Shown here: positions 1 to 10,219 of the stretch, in pieces
How the letters are laid out: every line of letters starts with the position of its first letter
How positions within the stretch are numbered: position 1 is the stretch's first letter
Source of the DNA: a virus
Taxonomy: Duplodnaviria; Caudoviricetes
Length of the DNA: 41,457 nucleotides
IMG/VR virus record: IMGVR_UViG_3300046028_006105
Location: 1 to 41,457 of that record
Strand: one strand, 5' to 3'
The notes under the pieces: generated by a model
Told to the model about the DNA's origin: nothing
Databases searched by the model: none
Seen by the model: the letters and a program-made list of their open reading frames with translations, nothing else
Program-made: the position numbers and the translations under genes

Positions 1-836
1 AGGGACGCAGAACTCGCCACCATCTGCCCCGACATTTGCGCCGCCATGCCCACATAAGTATCTCGGTAAGCCGCATCAGAGCCGTAACGATCATAGCTCT
101 CTTTTCCTAGCTCAAAGAAAAAATCCGCATGTTCCCGCGCCGTTGACGACAACGCGCCGCGAATCGTGCTATTCTCCCACTCGGCTTTACGCGCTAAAAA
201 TTCTTGATCCAACTCCCGCGCCCTAGACTCGACAATGCCGCGTAATCGCTGCGCTTCATCCGTGTTGCCAAGGCGATTGTTTTCCAGCCGATACAACTGC
301 CGCATGGTATCAATGTCGCTGCCGCTTATGGCCTTTTTCTCAGGGGTTCCGCCCAGAGTGTTTAACGCACCCTCAATCATGGAGAACACACCAGCAGCCG
401 TGTTTTGCCCAGTCTCTTCAAATGATGCCCCAGCCGTGCGCAGGAATTGCCACGACTTAACTTCTTTCTTATCGGTTTGCCCAGCTTCAGCCGGCGCGGC
501 CTGCTTCGCTTGCTTTGGCTGTAAAACAGGCTGTATAGCCATTTGCGCCGTCTCTGCTTCATGCCTTACAATCTCGTCGTAAACAGCACTTGGCGTAAGT
601 TCGCGCCCAAAATACGCACGGCTTATGCCTGCAAAGTTGCGGTCAATTTCAGCCTTAGACTGATCCACCCGTTGAGATAACCAAAGTGCACTTGCCTCTT
701 GGTCCAATTTCTCAGCCGCCCAGCCTGGACGCTGCAAATCCGCCTCCATCGTTTGCAGACTGCGCTTTACCTCGCCATCAATTAGCGCGTCGCGCTGTTC
801 CCGCCCCGCAAACATGACCGGATTAAGAATGCTCAT
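1..836 (-). CDS. N-terminal part of large internal virion (ejection) protein; continues through the overlap into 41457-35529
   Basis: ATG at 836-834 (MSILNPVMFAGREQ...) overlaps the TAA of the upstream gene and is in frame with the 1972-aa ORF. Joined length 2015 aa. Confidence 0.85.
   Translation of the reverse strand, partial: MSILNPVMFAGREQRDALIDGEVKRSLQTMEADLQRPGWAAEKLDQEASALWLSQRVDQSKAEIDRNFAGISRAYFGRELTPSAVYDEIVRHEAETAQMAIQPVLQPKQAKQAAPAEAGQTDKKEVKSWQFLRTAGASFEETGQNTAAGVFSMIEGALNTLGGTPEKKAISGSDIDTMRQLYRLENNRLGNTDEAQRLRGIVESRARELDQEFLARKAEWENSTIRGALSSTAREHADFFFELGKESYDRYGSDAAYRDTYVGMAAQMSGQMVASSAS
6..717. repeat. End overlap, left copy (circular permutation; unit genome 40,740 bp)
   Basis: Matches 40746-41457 at offset 40740. 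Identical at 6-311 and 634-717, with 37 substitutions (manual count) in 312-633. Confidence 0.95.
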
Positions 837-2620
837 TAGTAGATGTCACTAACAAGCTTTGCTGCGGACAAGTCATAAAGTTGGTTCTTGAGCTTATCGA
901 CTAAAAGTGTCGCCTGTTGCTCGCTACTAGCATCCAGCTTGTAGCCCTTGGCTGAGTAAAAGTCTGAGACTTCCTTTTCTATGCGAATTTGCGCTGTTCC
1001 CGCCCAGCCTTCTCCAAGATTGGGCAAATTGGAAAGCGTGCGTGCCAGCTCTGCCCTTGTCTTAATTTCGGACTGGTTTACCTTTTCGCCGTTATACCGC
1101 ACCGTCTCCGTTCCAGCGTTCTCCCATTTCTCCAAGTTAAGATCTACGGCCATTGCATCCAAATAAGCCTTCATCGCCTGCGCCTTGGCATCGACTGAAA
1201 GCCCTTGGTCACGGTCGATTTCCTTCAAGATTCCCATGCGGTCTGCATAGGTGTAACTATCTTTCTGCTTTGGAGTCATACTAGCGTAGTTGCTCAATTT
1301 CTCCATGAACTTCTTCGTCCGCTCTGGCGTTACGGCCATTGATGCAAACGTCGAAAGCTCAGCTTTAGCGCGAACAGTCGCTTTGAGTTTGTCTGCACCA
1401 TTTGCGCTAATATCCCCGCGCAACCGTGCCATTTCAATGTCCTCCGTCGAAAGCGTACCCTTCATAGCCGCATTGCCCATAGACTGCGCCTTTTGCGTCA
1501 TAGCCTCGCGCTTCTTGGCCTCTTTGGTTACAAACGCTCCCTCGCGCTCCGTCTTGTCCGTAATCGCACCTGCTAGCTGTTCCACAAACGCTTTCTTCGC
1601 CACGTTGTCCATGCTGCGCTCATTCTCGACATCCTTAAAAATGAATCCGGTATTGGTCGCGCTTACCTCGATGTCCACAAGCCCAGCGTCAAAACTCTGC
1701 TTTGCTTGCAGGTTAAACTCGTTGGTGCCTTGAGTAGTCGCATAGACCCTAAACAGCCGATTGACTTCCGCCTCTTGAGCGCGATCCGCCGCCTTCACTT
1801 TGCCGCGCAACTCTTGGACTAATTGAATGCGCCCTTGCGGACTTAGCCCGCCTACACGATTGCCTGCGCTGTCTTCTACCCAGCCGTTAAGATAGCCGTC
1901 CTCGTTCTCAACCAGTAACTCAATCTCCATGTCATAAAGCGCGGTCGCCTGCTTTGCTGGTGGCAACGTGCTAATGTCGGACAAATCCTTGGTGTATTTA
2001 TGGTACACATGACTATTTGTCATTTGATCCACCTTATCTTTAAGCTTTTCCGGCGTGATGTTCATGCGCTGCACCGTTGCCAACGCGCCATCAATATCGC
2101 CCACGTCCATCTTTGCGCTAGCGTCCGCATCCATGCGAGCGTTAGCCTGGTTGATTAGCGCAACATCGGTTTTAGCTTGAAACTGAATTTGAGCCCGCTC
2201 CTTAAACTCGTTGTTATCTATGGCCTCGCGCTGTTTTAGGTGCTCCGGCCAATCTTTAATCCGCTTTTGGCGATCCTTCTCAAATTTATCATACGTCTCC
2301 TTTTGAAACGCACCCCACGTTTCCGGCGTAGATTGGTTCTTATCCATGTAGGTATCTACCGCTGCCGCCGTGTTTATCCGCAGCAAACTCGATTCCGACA
2401 ACTGACCTTCCTCGATGTGCTGACGCTTCTGCATTTCAAAGCGCCCATACATTTGCGCGTCTTGGCTCGCCTCATTTGCCAGCATACGCCCTGTTTGCGC
2501 GATCTCCTGCCCTAGACCTACCAGCGCACGGTTTGGCGCGTTAAACGCATCCGCCGATAGTTGCGGACCAAGTGGGCCGGAAACAGGAACGCCAGCAAGT
2601 GCTACGGTTGGAATGTTCAT
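836..2620 (-). CDS. Internal virion/ejection protein (T7 gp15-like position)
   Basis: 594 aa, helical and charged; lies between the small ejection protein and the giant virion protein. Confidence 0.6.
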   Translation of the reverse strand: MNIPTVALAGVPVSGPLGPQLSADAFNAPNRALVGLGQEIAQTGRMLANEASQDAQMYGRFEMQKRQHIEEGQLSESSLLRINTAAAVDTYMDKNQSTPETWGAFQKETYDKFEKDRQKRIKDWPEHLKQREAIDNNEFKERAQIQFQAKTDVALINQANARMDADASAKMDVGDIDGALATVQRMNITPEKLKDKVDQMTNSHVYHKYTKDLSDISTLPPAKQATALYDMEIELLVENEDGYLNGWVEDSAGNRVGGLSPQGRIQLVQELRGKVKAADRAQEAEVNRLFRVYATTQGTNEFNLQAKQSFDAGLVDIEVSATNTGFIFKDVENERSMDNVAKKAFVEQLAGAITDKTEREGAFVTKEAKKREAMTQKAQSMGNAAMKGTLSTEDIEMARLRGDISANGADKLKATVRAKAELSTFASMAVTPERTKKFMEKLSNYASMTPKQKDSYTYADRMGILKEIDRDQGLSVDAKAQAMKAYLDAMAVDLNLEKWENAGTETVRYNGEKVNQSEIKTRAELARTLSNLPNLGEGWAGTAQIRIEKEVSDFYSAKGYKLDASSEQQATLLVDKLKNQLYDLSAAKLVSDIY

Positions 2621-3144
2621 TTAGTAGGATAAGCGCCGGTCTTGTAATAAGTGTCCATCTTGGCGTCACGCTGCATACCATAGCCCATGCTTGCCATAGA
2701 AGCACCACCTTGGAGCAACGACGCACCCGCGCCGATATATGCCGCCTGCGCCTGTTGCGCACCCATAGCACGACTTGCCCCCGCCTGCCCGTATAGCGCG
2801 GTGACGTCCTGCCCCGTCTTCTTCATGTAATCCAGATTGGACAGCTTCAAATTGCCCGCCGTCTCTGCCATAACCGCAAGTGGAGTGCCCGCCGTATCGA
2901 CGCCCGCCTTGGCGTAGGAAACGCGCTGCGTAGCCATAATCCGCTTGTTGCCAATGGCGCTTCTACGCAATTGCTCGCGTGAATCCATCTCCGTTTGCAA
3001 AGCCTGATTCTCGGCAAGTTTGGCGTTGTACTCGCCCATCTTCTTTGCCGTCTCTGCCTGCTTAACTTGTCCGTAAACGGCTACGCCCGTGCCTACCGCA
3101 GCAAGGGCCAAACTCGCAATTGCTATTGTTGTAACAGCAGCCAT
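2617..3144 (-). CDS. Small internal virion protein (T7 gp14-like position)
   Basis: 175 aa, Ala/Gly/Gln-rich with a hydrophobic N-terminus; podovirus synteny. Confidence 0.65.
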   Translation of the reverse strand: MAAVTTIAIASLALAAVGTGVAVYGQVKQAETAKKMGEYNAKLAENQALQTEMDSREQLRRSAIGNKRIMATQRVSYAKAGVDTAGTPLAVMAETAGNLKLSNLDYMKKTGQDVTALYGQAGASRAMGAQQAQAAYIGAGASLLQGGASMASMGYGMQRDAKMDTYYKTGAYPTK

Positions 3145-3145
3145 G

Positions 3146-3568
3146 TTATTGCTCCAATCCCGTTGTTGAAATGAGGTGAATCACGTCGGAGTCCGTTTTC
3201 ATAAATCCGTTCTTCTCGTAAAGACGCACAAGCGAAGGCTGACGACAGCAGGTAAGCATTACCCCATAGTTATTCGACTTCGCCAAGTCTCGCATGGAAT
3301 CAATTAAAATGCCCATGCCTCGATAAACCTGCATAGCCGTTGCGTTGGGATTGCTTACCACCCACTCCATCCACGAGACGCCCACCGAGTTGTCCATGTA
3401 GAGCCAGCCCGCTACAATTGGCGTATCACAGTCAACTTCCTGCATACACACGACTAGCCCCAGCTTTGGCAAAATGGCCTTATCCACGGCTTGCCAACCA
3501 TGCGCCGTCCACCATGCCGCCATTACCGGATAGTCGCTGTCCGCATAAACTTTGACTTGGTAGCTCAT
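3146..3568 (-). CDS. GNAT-fold virion assembly protein (T7 gp13-like position)
   Basis: 140 aa with an acetyltransferase-like C-terminus (LVRLYEKNGF); follows tail tubular B. Confidence 0.55.
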   Translation of the reverse strand: MSYQVKVYADSDYPVMAAWWTAHGWQAVDKAILPKLGLVVCMQEVDCDTPIVAGWLYMDNSVGVSWMEWVVSNPNATAMQVYRGMGILIDSMRDLAKSNNYGVMLTCCRQPSLVRLYEKNGFMKTDSDVIHLISTTGLEQ

Positions 3569-5847
3569 AAGCCAGTTACGTCATACTTTACGACCATTGC
3601 CAAGATGGTAAGTGGCAGAGGTGCCGTTTGCTTAAAAATAATCGTTGGATCGGTGCTAAAATCGCCTTCCCAAGGAAGCGACTTATCTCCGCTGAACAAT
3701 GGCGGTCCCGCATCCATGAAGTCATTGCTGTCACGGAATGACAGGGTTTGCTCGCCTTGCCCGCCATCATAAATGATTTCAATGCTCTCATGGAGTTTGA
3801 GCGAGATTTCGCGCACCTGTTTAATTTGCCCTTGGGAAACGCCGACCTGCGGATCAACGTCTAGCGGCATTGCCTCAAGAATCGAATCATAGCCAAGCCC
3901 AACTTGCGCCTTGGTCACAGATTCAGCCAGCGTAATTGCCCCGCCAGTCACGACGACATCCGGCATTTTAGCGCCATTCCCCAGCACCTTCACGGTCTTG
4001 CCCTCTAGGTGGCTAAGACCGCTAATGCTGGTCGTAGCCGCTCCCGAGTAGGTAAGACCGCTATCCACATAAAAGGCGTCCGCTTTGTCTTCCCACTGAA
4101 CCGGATTGATGCGCTCGACGTAACGTTTGGTAACGCCGCCAATGGTGCGCCGCACCACTACCCACACCTCGTCATCACTACTGCCATAGATCGTAGCCAC
4201 CGACTCAAAAAATCCGTCTGTTACTTGCCGCGCCCAGCCGACTACGTTTTGCTCGCGCTCGTAGGTAAACGAAAGCAGCACGCCGTCAGTCGTTACGCAC
4301 CACAGCACCGCAATTGGCTGTTGCTGATAGGCCATCTGCACAATGCCGCTTTTTGCAATGTGCTCGCTCAACTGGTTCATGTTTTGCGCGATAAACTTGC
4401 CGCTTACACTCGTAGGCGATTCGGCAAACTCCATAACGCGCTCGCGCCCACGTTGCAAGAATAGCACTACGTCACGCACAAGCACGCCCGTAACCGAGGC
4501 GCTACCATAGGTAGATTGGCGTTTAACGAGGATATTGGTTGGCGTGATAGGTTGATCTAGTGACCCCGCAAAAACGAGCCATTCTCCGCCAGACGTGCCA
4601 ACAACAAGCGATTGCTGCGCGACTAGCCATTCCACTGCGTTACGCTCGCCATAAATGCCGTAAGACAACGGAGAATCGGCCAACGTATCAGCGGTAAAGT
4701 TCTCAAAGTCATCCGTCGCGCTCATCCACACCCGCGCCGGATCACCCGTGGTTCCCGCCATGACAAGCCGCTGCTCGTAAAAAGCTACCGCTCGTGGATA
4801 GCCACGCACGGTAGACCATGCGCCCTCGCTCCAATCAGCCGTTGCCGTTGTTGCATAACACGCCGTTACCACTGTTGCCGTCACCGCCGTTGCGCTAGTG
4901 TAACCCGTAATCTGCACTATGCCCGCGATGTTTTGGCTAGGAACCTCTAGCCAAGCGCGGGGAGGGTGTCCAGTATGCGAAGTAAAAGCGGAAATGTTGA
5001 TACGCAAAAGCACCGGATCCGTTTCCGTTCCATTGGCCTGCACATTGTAATCCGCCATACCCTTAAACGTGCGCAACTTTTCCCATGTCGCTCCGTTATC
5101 GCTAGACCGCTCTAGGTCAATCGTAGCCGTCCATGTTCCACTGGTGTAAAAATTCCAGTCACCTTGCGCCGAAAGAGAGCTAGATGTTCCCGTTGCCGTA
5201 ATTGTTTTGTCAACCGTTGCCGAGTCAACCAGGTGCGAGAGTTGCCAATAACTGCCAACATGCGCCGCTTGAAACGTAGAGGCTGACGCCGTAAGCGTGC
5301 GCCCCGCTCCTACCGCTGCATTGCTTATCGCCAGTGTTGTAGTCGTAATGTTTTGGTCAAGTAGTGGCGGTTGTGTCCATGCCACCTCTGCCAACGTCCA
5401 ATTGGTGTCAGCCAATCGTGATAATTTACGCACCGCATAAGACGGATGCACGATGTAAACAACGTCGTTAATCTGCGCAAATTGCAGCGCGTACAAATCA
5501 GCCTCTAGGTAAGGCGTCGCAATCTCGTAAGGTACACCCACATTTAAGACCTGCCCGCCGTCTCGATAGAACCGCAGGTAGGTATCTCCAAACTCTAAAA
5601 CAAAGGTTGTCGTCGTCGAAAACTGGAACTTTTCCAGCCGTGACTTTTTAGCGTGCGTCTTGGTTTGCGCCACAAACTGAAACCCAGCCCGACGCTCTGC
5701 GCCACCATAGGGCAGGATGACAAAGTTCTGGAGCTGGCGACACGCCGACCGATACTTCTCCAAATCGACGCGCCCATTCATTAGCGGCGACCACTCGCCC
5801 GCATTAAAAGAAAACTGATGCGAGTAGCTGCGTGCTCGATTAGCCAT
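3565..5847 (-). CDS. Tail tubular protein B / nozzle
   Basis: 760 aa with FNAGEWSP, N..ILPYGGAERRAG and GYPRAVAFYEQRL motifs typical of podovirus nozzle proteins. Confidence 0.85.
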   Translation of the reverse strand: MANRARSYSHQFSFNAGEWSPLMNGRVDLEKYRSACRQLQNFVILPYGGAERRAGFQFVAQTKTHAKKSRLEKFQFSTTTTFVLEFGDTYLRFYRDGGQVLNVGVPYEIATPYLEADLYALQFAQINDVVYIVHPSYAVRKLSRLADTNWTLAEVAWTQPPLLDQNITTTTLAISNAAVGAGRTLTASASTFQAAHVGSYWQLSHLVDSATVDKTITATGTSSSLSAQGDWNFYTSGTWTATIDLERSSDNGATWEKLRTFKGMADYNVQANGTETDPVLLRINISAFTSHTGHPPRAWLEVPSQNIAGIVQITGYTSATAVTATVVTACYATTATADWSEGAWSTVRGYPRAVAFYEQRLVMAGTTGDPARVWMSATDDFENFTADTLADSPLSYGIYGERNAVEWLVAQQSLVVGTSGGEWLVFAGSLDQPITPTNILVKRQSTYGSASVTGVLVRDVVLFLQRGRERVMEFAESPTSVSGKFIAQNMNQLSEHIAKSGIVQMAYQQQPIAVLWCVTTDGVLLSFTYEREQNVVGWARQVTDGFFESVATIYGSSDDEVWVVVRRTIGGVTKRYVERINPVQWEDKADAFYVDSGLTYSGAATTSISGLSHLEGKTVKVLGNGAKMPDVVVTGGAITLAESVTKAQVGLGYDSILEAMPLDVDPQVGVSQGQIKQVREISLKLHESIEIIYDGGQGEQTLSFRDSNDFMDAGPPLFSGDKSLPWEGDFSTDPTIIFKQTAPLPLTILAMVVKYDVTGL

Positions 5848-6461
5848 TAAACATTATCCTCGTTTGTGGAATACCAACGTGATTTGACAAAACTCGACTC
5901 GCTTGCTGGATCGTAGCGGTGACGCTTGCTCTCGTTTCCATCGACCAGGCGCGCCCGCGTAAGACACGAGTTGCGATATTCGGCCATCAACGCTTGCGCT
6001 ACGCCCTCGTCTTGGCGCGTAGCAACGGCCAGCTTTGCCGCAAGTAATACCGCCACCGCATTTACAAACAAGCTGTCCCATTGCGAAGTATCCGTAATGT
6101 GCGCGATATACTGAATTTGAGCTGTATCCGCATCCGTAAGCAACGTGCGCCCCTCGATCTCGTAAAACTCGCTTGCCTCGTAATGGTTGGTAATGCCATT
6201 AACGGAGCGCACACGCATACAATCAACGGGAAGCTGGTAGGCGTAAAGCCACTCAAACGCAGGAGCAGTGGCAAGCTGGCCAATTTCCTCCCGTTTAAGC
6301 AAGCATCCCCAGTCGCTCTCACGCGCCACTTCCTGCGTAGTCATTTCAAAAATCAGCTTACACCGACGCGCCGACAAGTTAGCCGTGTCGTCAATGTCAG
6401 TGATTGGCGGTGCGCCAATACGCATCAACGCCAAGTTACAGATTTCCGTTTGAGTAGCCAT
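5847..6461 (-). CDS. Tail tubular protein A / adaptor
   Basis: 204 aa with N-terminal EICNLALMRIG and YAYQLPVDCMR motifs; directly upstream of tubular B. Confidence 0.85.
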   Translation of the reverse strand: MATQTEICNLALMRIGAPPITDIDDTANLSARRCKLIFEMTTQEVARESDWGCLLKREEIGQLATAPAFEWLYAYQLPVDCMRVRSVNGITNHYEASEFYEIEGRTLLTDADTAQIQYIAHITDTSQWDSLFVNAVAVLLAAKLAVATRQDEGVAQALMAEYRNSCLTRARLVDGNESKRHRYDPASESSFVKSRWYSTNEDNV

Positions 6462-6604
6462 TAGCCTATATTAGACGCAATTTCGTTAGCAATTTCTTGT
6501 TCCTGTCCGATAAACACAGAATAGGTTTCACCCTGAACCACAATCATGTTGTGGCTATCAGGATTTGATGGGTCTGAACCTAACAAAATGAAAGGCTCGT
6601 TCAT
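6461..6604 (-). CDS. Small hypothetical protein (47 aa, MNEPFILLGSDP...)
   Basis: Read manually; fills the gap and its TAA overlaps the ATG of tubular A. Confidence 0.55.
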   Translation of the reverse strand: MNEPFILLGSDPSNPDSHNMIVVQGETYSVFIGQEQEIANEIASNIG

Positions 6605-6608
6605 GGGG

Positions 6609-8402
6609 TTAGTTCACTTGAATTGCAAACGCCGTAATTCGAACATCGGTAACAGCCGTACCAAGCTGCGCCGTCCACGCCGTGTTAACCGTAGCCTGAC
6701 GGGCGACAACGGGAAGAATGAGTGGCAACGTAGTAGTAGCAGGAACCCATACCGAAAACACCACCGCACCAGCCGCTACCGTGCGGAAATCAACGCGGGT
6801 AGGTAGTGCGCTTGTGTTGGTGACGATGACGGCGCGAAGGTCATTGAAAATCCCAGCAACTGCGGAAATAATGGTCGTTTCCGTTGTACTGGTTAGCGTC
6901 ACCATCGGAGCCATAGTATTCAGGTCACGAATCTGTTCACCTGATCCAACATAACGCCCAATCTTGTCATGGGAGTTGGTTACTATCTGGCCAGCAGTGC
7001 GGGCCGTTTGAATAGCGGTTGCTGCAACAACGCCAACTTGCACCGGATTGCCCGATGCCACCGCACCTGCGGCTGCCATACCTGAAACGGGAGTCGTGGT
7101 CGGAGCCGTGTTAATGGCGACCGAAGGCATCTGGTCGACCGATACGCGCTGACCGTTGCCGGTGCCGGTCTGGCTCACGCCTGCAATGATGACTTTATTG
7201 ATGCCCGTCTCTTCCAGCGAGAACTTGCCAATCGTTAGGCGCGTGGTAGTGGCTGGTGCGGTCACGCCGTTAAAAGCTTGGATAAATAAGAACAACGGGG
7301 TTGTTGCATCCACCAGCGCCTCCATGCGGGAGGCGCGGCTTGTGAATTGCAGACCACTCGCGGTAGCCGGCGATGCGTCGCTAAAAAACTCCGAGGTCGT
7401 GTCGCCCGAGAATTTCAGCATCTGCCCAGTGCTTGCGTCCGTGGTGGTAGTATGGGTGCTTGCGCCCGAAGCCCAGCCCTTCCGCTGAGTATCAAACCAA
7501 GTCGTTGTGGCGCTTGTACCGTTTTTAACCGCTAAAATCGCATTCCAACCGAACACCGTCACGGTCCCAGAAGCGCTCGGGGTCCATGCCTTGGCACTCA
7601 TGGTTAGCGTCAAGGTTCCCGATGTAGCACCTGCGTTAAGGCAGGTGAACGTCGTGACGCCGCCCGAGGTCTGCGTGAGCAATGACTTTACGCCGTCAGT
7701 GATAGCCGCCACATCGCTCGATGCGCTGACCGTGGCCGTTTCGCCAATGGAAAAGATCGGGTTGCCGCCCAGAAACGTGACGGTCGCGGTGGTGGTCGCA
7801 CGAGTCCATGTCGCGGCAAAAACAGGCGAAAAGGTGACCACGTCACCGCTTACGTCGGTGATGGCGTAGCGGCCCGGTACGATCAAGGCCGCGCCAGTGC
7901 CTCCGCCGAGGTAGCAGCTTTGGCCGATGTTTTCGGCGGTGAATCCGTGACCGCTGGGCAGCGTCACCGAAATGAGCAGACCCGTGGCGTCGGTCGTAAA
8001 CGGCACAGAGTCGCCAATAAGGTCGGCAAGGTAAATGCCAAAGTGTTGATTAACGATTTTTTGGCTCAGCGTCGCCTTGATGGTGGCGATGTGGCCACTC
8101 CGGATCGAATCCACCGAGCGCATTAAAAACTCAGCGTTTGTCGTGGTGCCGGTGTCGATAAGCAGATTTCCATAAGCCTGGGCAACGGTCATGCCGGATC
8201 CGGTTGCGCCTACTTGGACAACCTCGGCGGCCAAAAGCCCCGCGCCGGTGCCAGTAAACGAGCAGTCAATGATTCTGGAGTTCTGGCTAAAATTGCCGCT
8301 ATTATTAACTGACAACACCTCGTATTGATCAGATGTCCCTTCAACTAGCCCCGCAATAAGTTGTGGTTTAGTTCCGACAATTTGATTCGCGTTTAAGCTC
8401 AT
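6609..8402 (-). CDS. Thr/Ala/Gly-rich virion structural protein (head fibre/decoration-like)
   Basis: Likely start MSLNANQ at 8402, just after the terminator; beta-rich composition; between capsid and tail genes. Confidence 0.55.
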   Translation of the reverse strand: MSLNANQIVGTKPQLIAGLVEGTSDQYEVLSVNNSGNFSQNSRIIDCSFTGTGAGLLAAEVVQVGATGSGMTVAQAYGNLLIDTGTTTNAEFLMRSVDSIRSGHIATIKATLSQKIVNQHFGIYLADLIGDSVPFTTDATGLLISVTLPSGHGFTAENIGQSCYLGGGTGAALIVPGRYAITDVSGDVVTFSPVFAATWTRATTTATVTFLGGNPIFSIGETATVSASSDVAAITDGVKSLLTQTSGGVTTFTCLNAGATSGTLTLTMSAKAWTPSASGTVTVFGWNAILAVKNGTSATTTWFDTQRKGWASGASTHTTTTDASTGQMLKFSGDTTSEFFSDASPATASGLQFTSRASRMEALVDATTPLFLFIQAFNGVTAPATTTRLTIGKFSLEETGINKVIIAGVSQTGTGNGQRVSVDQMPSVAINTAPTTTPVSGMAAAGAVASGNPVQVGVVAATAIQTARTAGQIVTNSHDKIGRYVGSGEQIRDLNTMAPMVTLTSTTETTIISAVAGIFNDLRAVIVTNTSALPTRVDFRTVAAGAVVFSVWVPATTTLPLILPVVARQATVNTAWTAQLGTAVTDVRITAFAIQVN

Positions 8403-8424
8403 GGTATAAAATGGTTTGCAGCGC

Positions 8425-8463
8425 AAAAAAGCCCGCCCCGTGCGAGGCACTAAAGGCGGGCTT
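8425..8463 (-). terminator. Rho-independent terminator after the capsid genes
   Basis: AAGCCCGCC/GGCGGGCTT stem with a T6 tract on the minus strand. Confidence 0.8.
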
Positions 8464-8480
8464 GCGCTAGCGGTTAGAGA

Positions 8481-8948
8481 TTAGGAACCGTTAATCGTGA
8501 AGGCCAAGTAGAAATCTAGCTTCTTGCCAGCAACCGGAGTTGCAAGGGTCGCAAGAGTAGCAGTGATCCACGTTTCAACGGTAGTCTCAAACGGGGTCGC
8601 TTCGGCCAGACCACCCGTAAATACGTCCCAACCAGCGGCAGCGACGTTAAGGGCGGTAGAGTAGCGGTCAGCGTCCAGAACCAATCCAGTGACGGCGGAA
8701 TAGTCGCCCACAGTGATCGTGGCAGTACCAGCCACAGCGTCACCATAAACTTCGCAGTTGCGCGGTTGAATGCGGCAACCAGGAGGCAGTTTTACGATGC
8801 GGATAATGTCGTCAGCGGCCTCAAGGCCAGTGAAGGTGTAAGTGTAACGAACGCGCTTGAACTCAGGAAGAACATCGCGGGCATCCAGCGGAGTTTTGCC
8901 GCTAGGGGAGTTTTGCTTTGCAGCAACAGCAGAATAGAGAGTAGCCAT
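8481..8948 (-). CDS. Capsid cement/decoration protein
   Basis: 155 aa, beta-rich, directly downstream of the major capsid gene. Confidence 0.55.
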   Translation of the reverse strand: MATLYSAVAAKQNSPSGKTPLDARDVLPEFKRVRYTYTFTGLEAADDIIRIVKLPPGCRIQPRNCEVYGDAVAGTATITVGDYSAVTGLVLDADRYSTALNVAAAGWDVFTGGLAEATPFETTVETWITATLATLATPVAGKKLDFYLAFTINGS

Positions 8949-8972
8949 GTTAGTAGGTATTAAGGGTTAATT

Positions 8973-9875
8973 TTAACGGTAGCACTCAATAGCCACAACG
9001 CCTTCTTCTTGACGGCGGGAAGCACCCATGCGAGCACGAGCGTAAATCTGAATCGCTTGCGAACGCTCGGGAAGAACGTCGATGTTTACGCGGCGCTGGC
9101 CATCGCCAAACTCAACGTAGTCGGAATGGTAGGCAAAGGCGCGGCGGATGTAGTTGTTGCCGGCTACCTCGCTAACAGGCAGATCACGGACCTGGGTGTG
9201 CCAAGTAAAGCCCATCCACGTTTTGCCCATGAGAGAGCCGTCAGTAATTGGCTGAACTTTGGTGTAGTCGCTGGACTGCACCTGAATGACGTTCAGGATG
9301 AGATCCTGTTCCTCTTGGGGCGAGCAGATGAAATGACGGTTCATCTGTGGAACAAAGGCGGCATCGAGACGATACTTGGCCTCGGCAACCTTAGCAAAGG
9401 TCAGACCGGCGTTAGTAGCACCGAAGTCTTCGTCAATGATCTGAGCAGCCGGAAGCGCAGTAAGCGTGGTGCCGTCTTCGCCAGTAATCGCGTTACCGTT
9501 AAGGGCCGCAACAATAGTGGCGTCAACTTGACGGTTGTAGGCGTAAACGTCAGCCTCAAGGTAGGCAGACTGAGGAGTGGCCAGCAAACCAAGGTCTTCG
9601 GCATCCCACTCAGGAATGATCTGGGGGTTCTCGTATTTTTTAGGTACGAGCCAACGGACGTAGGTGGTGGGGGCGTTAGCAATGGTGGGCAATGCGCGGC
9701 CAGTGATCTCGCGGTAAGCAACTGCGCCTAGCTGCGACATACGGCGGCGTTCGCCGTTGACGGTCACTTTTTTGACGGTGGGAAGAAGGTGGGAAGTAGT
9801 CTCCTGGAGCAGGTGAGTCCAAAGACGCTCGTATTCGATTTGAACGTGCGGTCCAACTGTGTAAAGTTCGGGCAT
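8973..9875 (-). CDS. Major capsid protein
   Basis: 300 aa with HK97-fold podovirus motifs (AYNRQVDATIVAAL; MGASRRQEEGVV); downstream of the scaffold gene. Confidence 0.85.
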   Translation of the reverse strand: MPELYTVGPHVQIEYERLWTHLLQETTSHLLPTVKKVTVNGERRRMSQLGAVAYREITGRALPTIANAPTTYVRWLVPKKYENPQIIPEWDAEDLGLLATPQSAYLEADVYAYNRQVDATIVAALNGNAITGEDGTTLTALPAAQIIDEDFGATNAGLTFAKVAEAKYRLDAAFVPQMNRHFICSPQEEQDLILNVIQVQSSDYTKVQPITDGSLMGKTWMGFTWHTQVRDLPVSEVAGNNYIRRAFAYHSDYVEFGDGQRRVNIDVLPERSQAIQIYARARMGASRRQEEGVVAIECYR

Positions 9876-10121
9876 GGTAGTAGGTGATTAAGTTTTAGAA
9901 ACGATAGATAGAAGAAACGAAACTGACTGCGTTTTTCGGGTATCCATTTCTGGGCCTACTCATGGGTAAGGCGTTTTTCGCGGGCCGGTTAAGGGTAGCC
10001 GCCACTCAATGCCTTGCTGTTAAGCATCCCCTTTGAAACTGTTTTTGCGGGAAGCAAGCATTTATTTTGAGGGAAAATGAAAATAAGGCTTGGCAAGCGT
10101 GAAGAAGGAAGTAGCTCTTAG

Positions 10122-10219
10122 CTCATCAAAGCGGCCGTGGAACTCCGCTGAGTAATCAGTTGGTGTTTTAAGGCCGCTTGAAAACTCACTTGTCCTCCAC
10201 GGCCCAAGTGAGTTTTTTT
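10122..10219 (+). ncRNA. C4-antisense-like structured RNA plus terminator, copy A
   Basis: GCGGCC...GGCCGC stem carrying GTGGAA, then hairpin AACTCACTTG/CAAGTGAGTT with a T-tract; its loop CTCCACGGCC is complementary to GGCCGTGGA. Confidence 0.45.

Noticed and set aside
312-633. Diversity-generating retroelement TR/VR pair with 41052-41373
   Set aside because: Changes are not adenine-specific (G/C swaps occur), are mostly at third codon positions, and no reverse transcriptase is present.
6-717. T7-type physical direct terminal repeat
   Set aside because: It falls in the middle of a virion gene, which fits an assembly overlap of a circular map.
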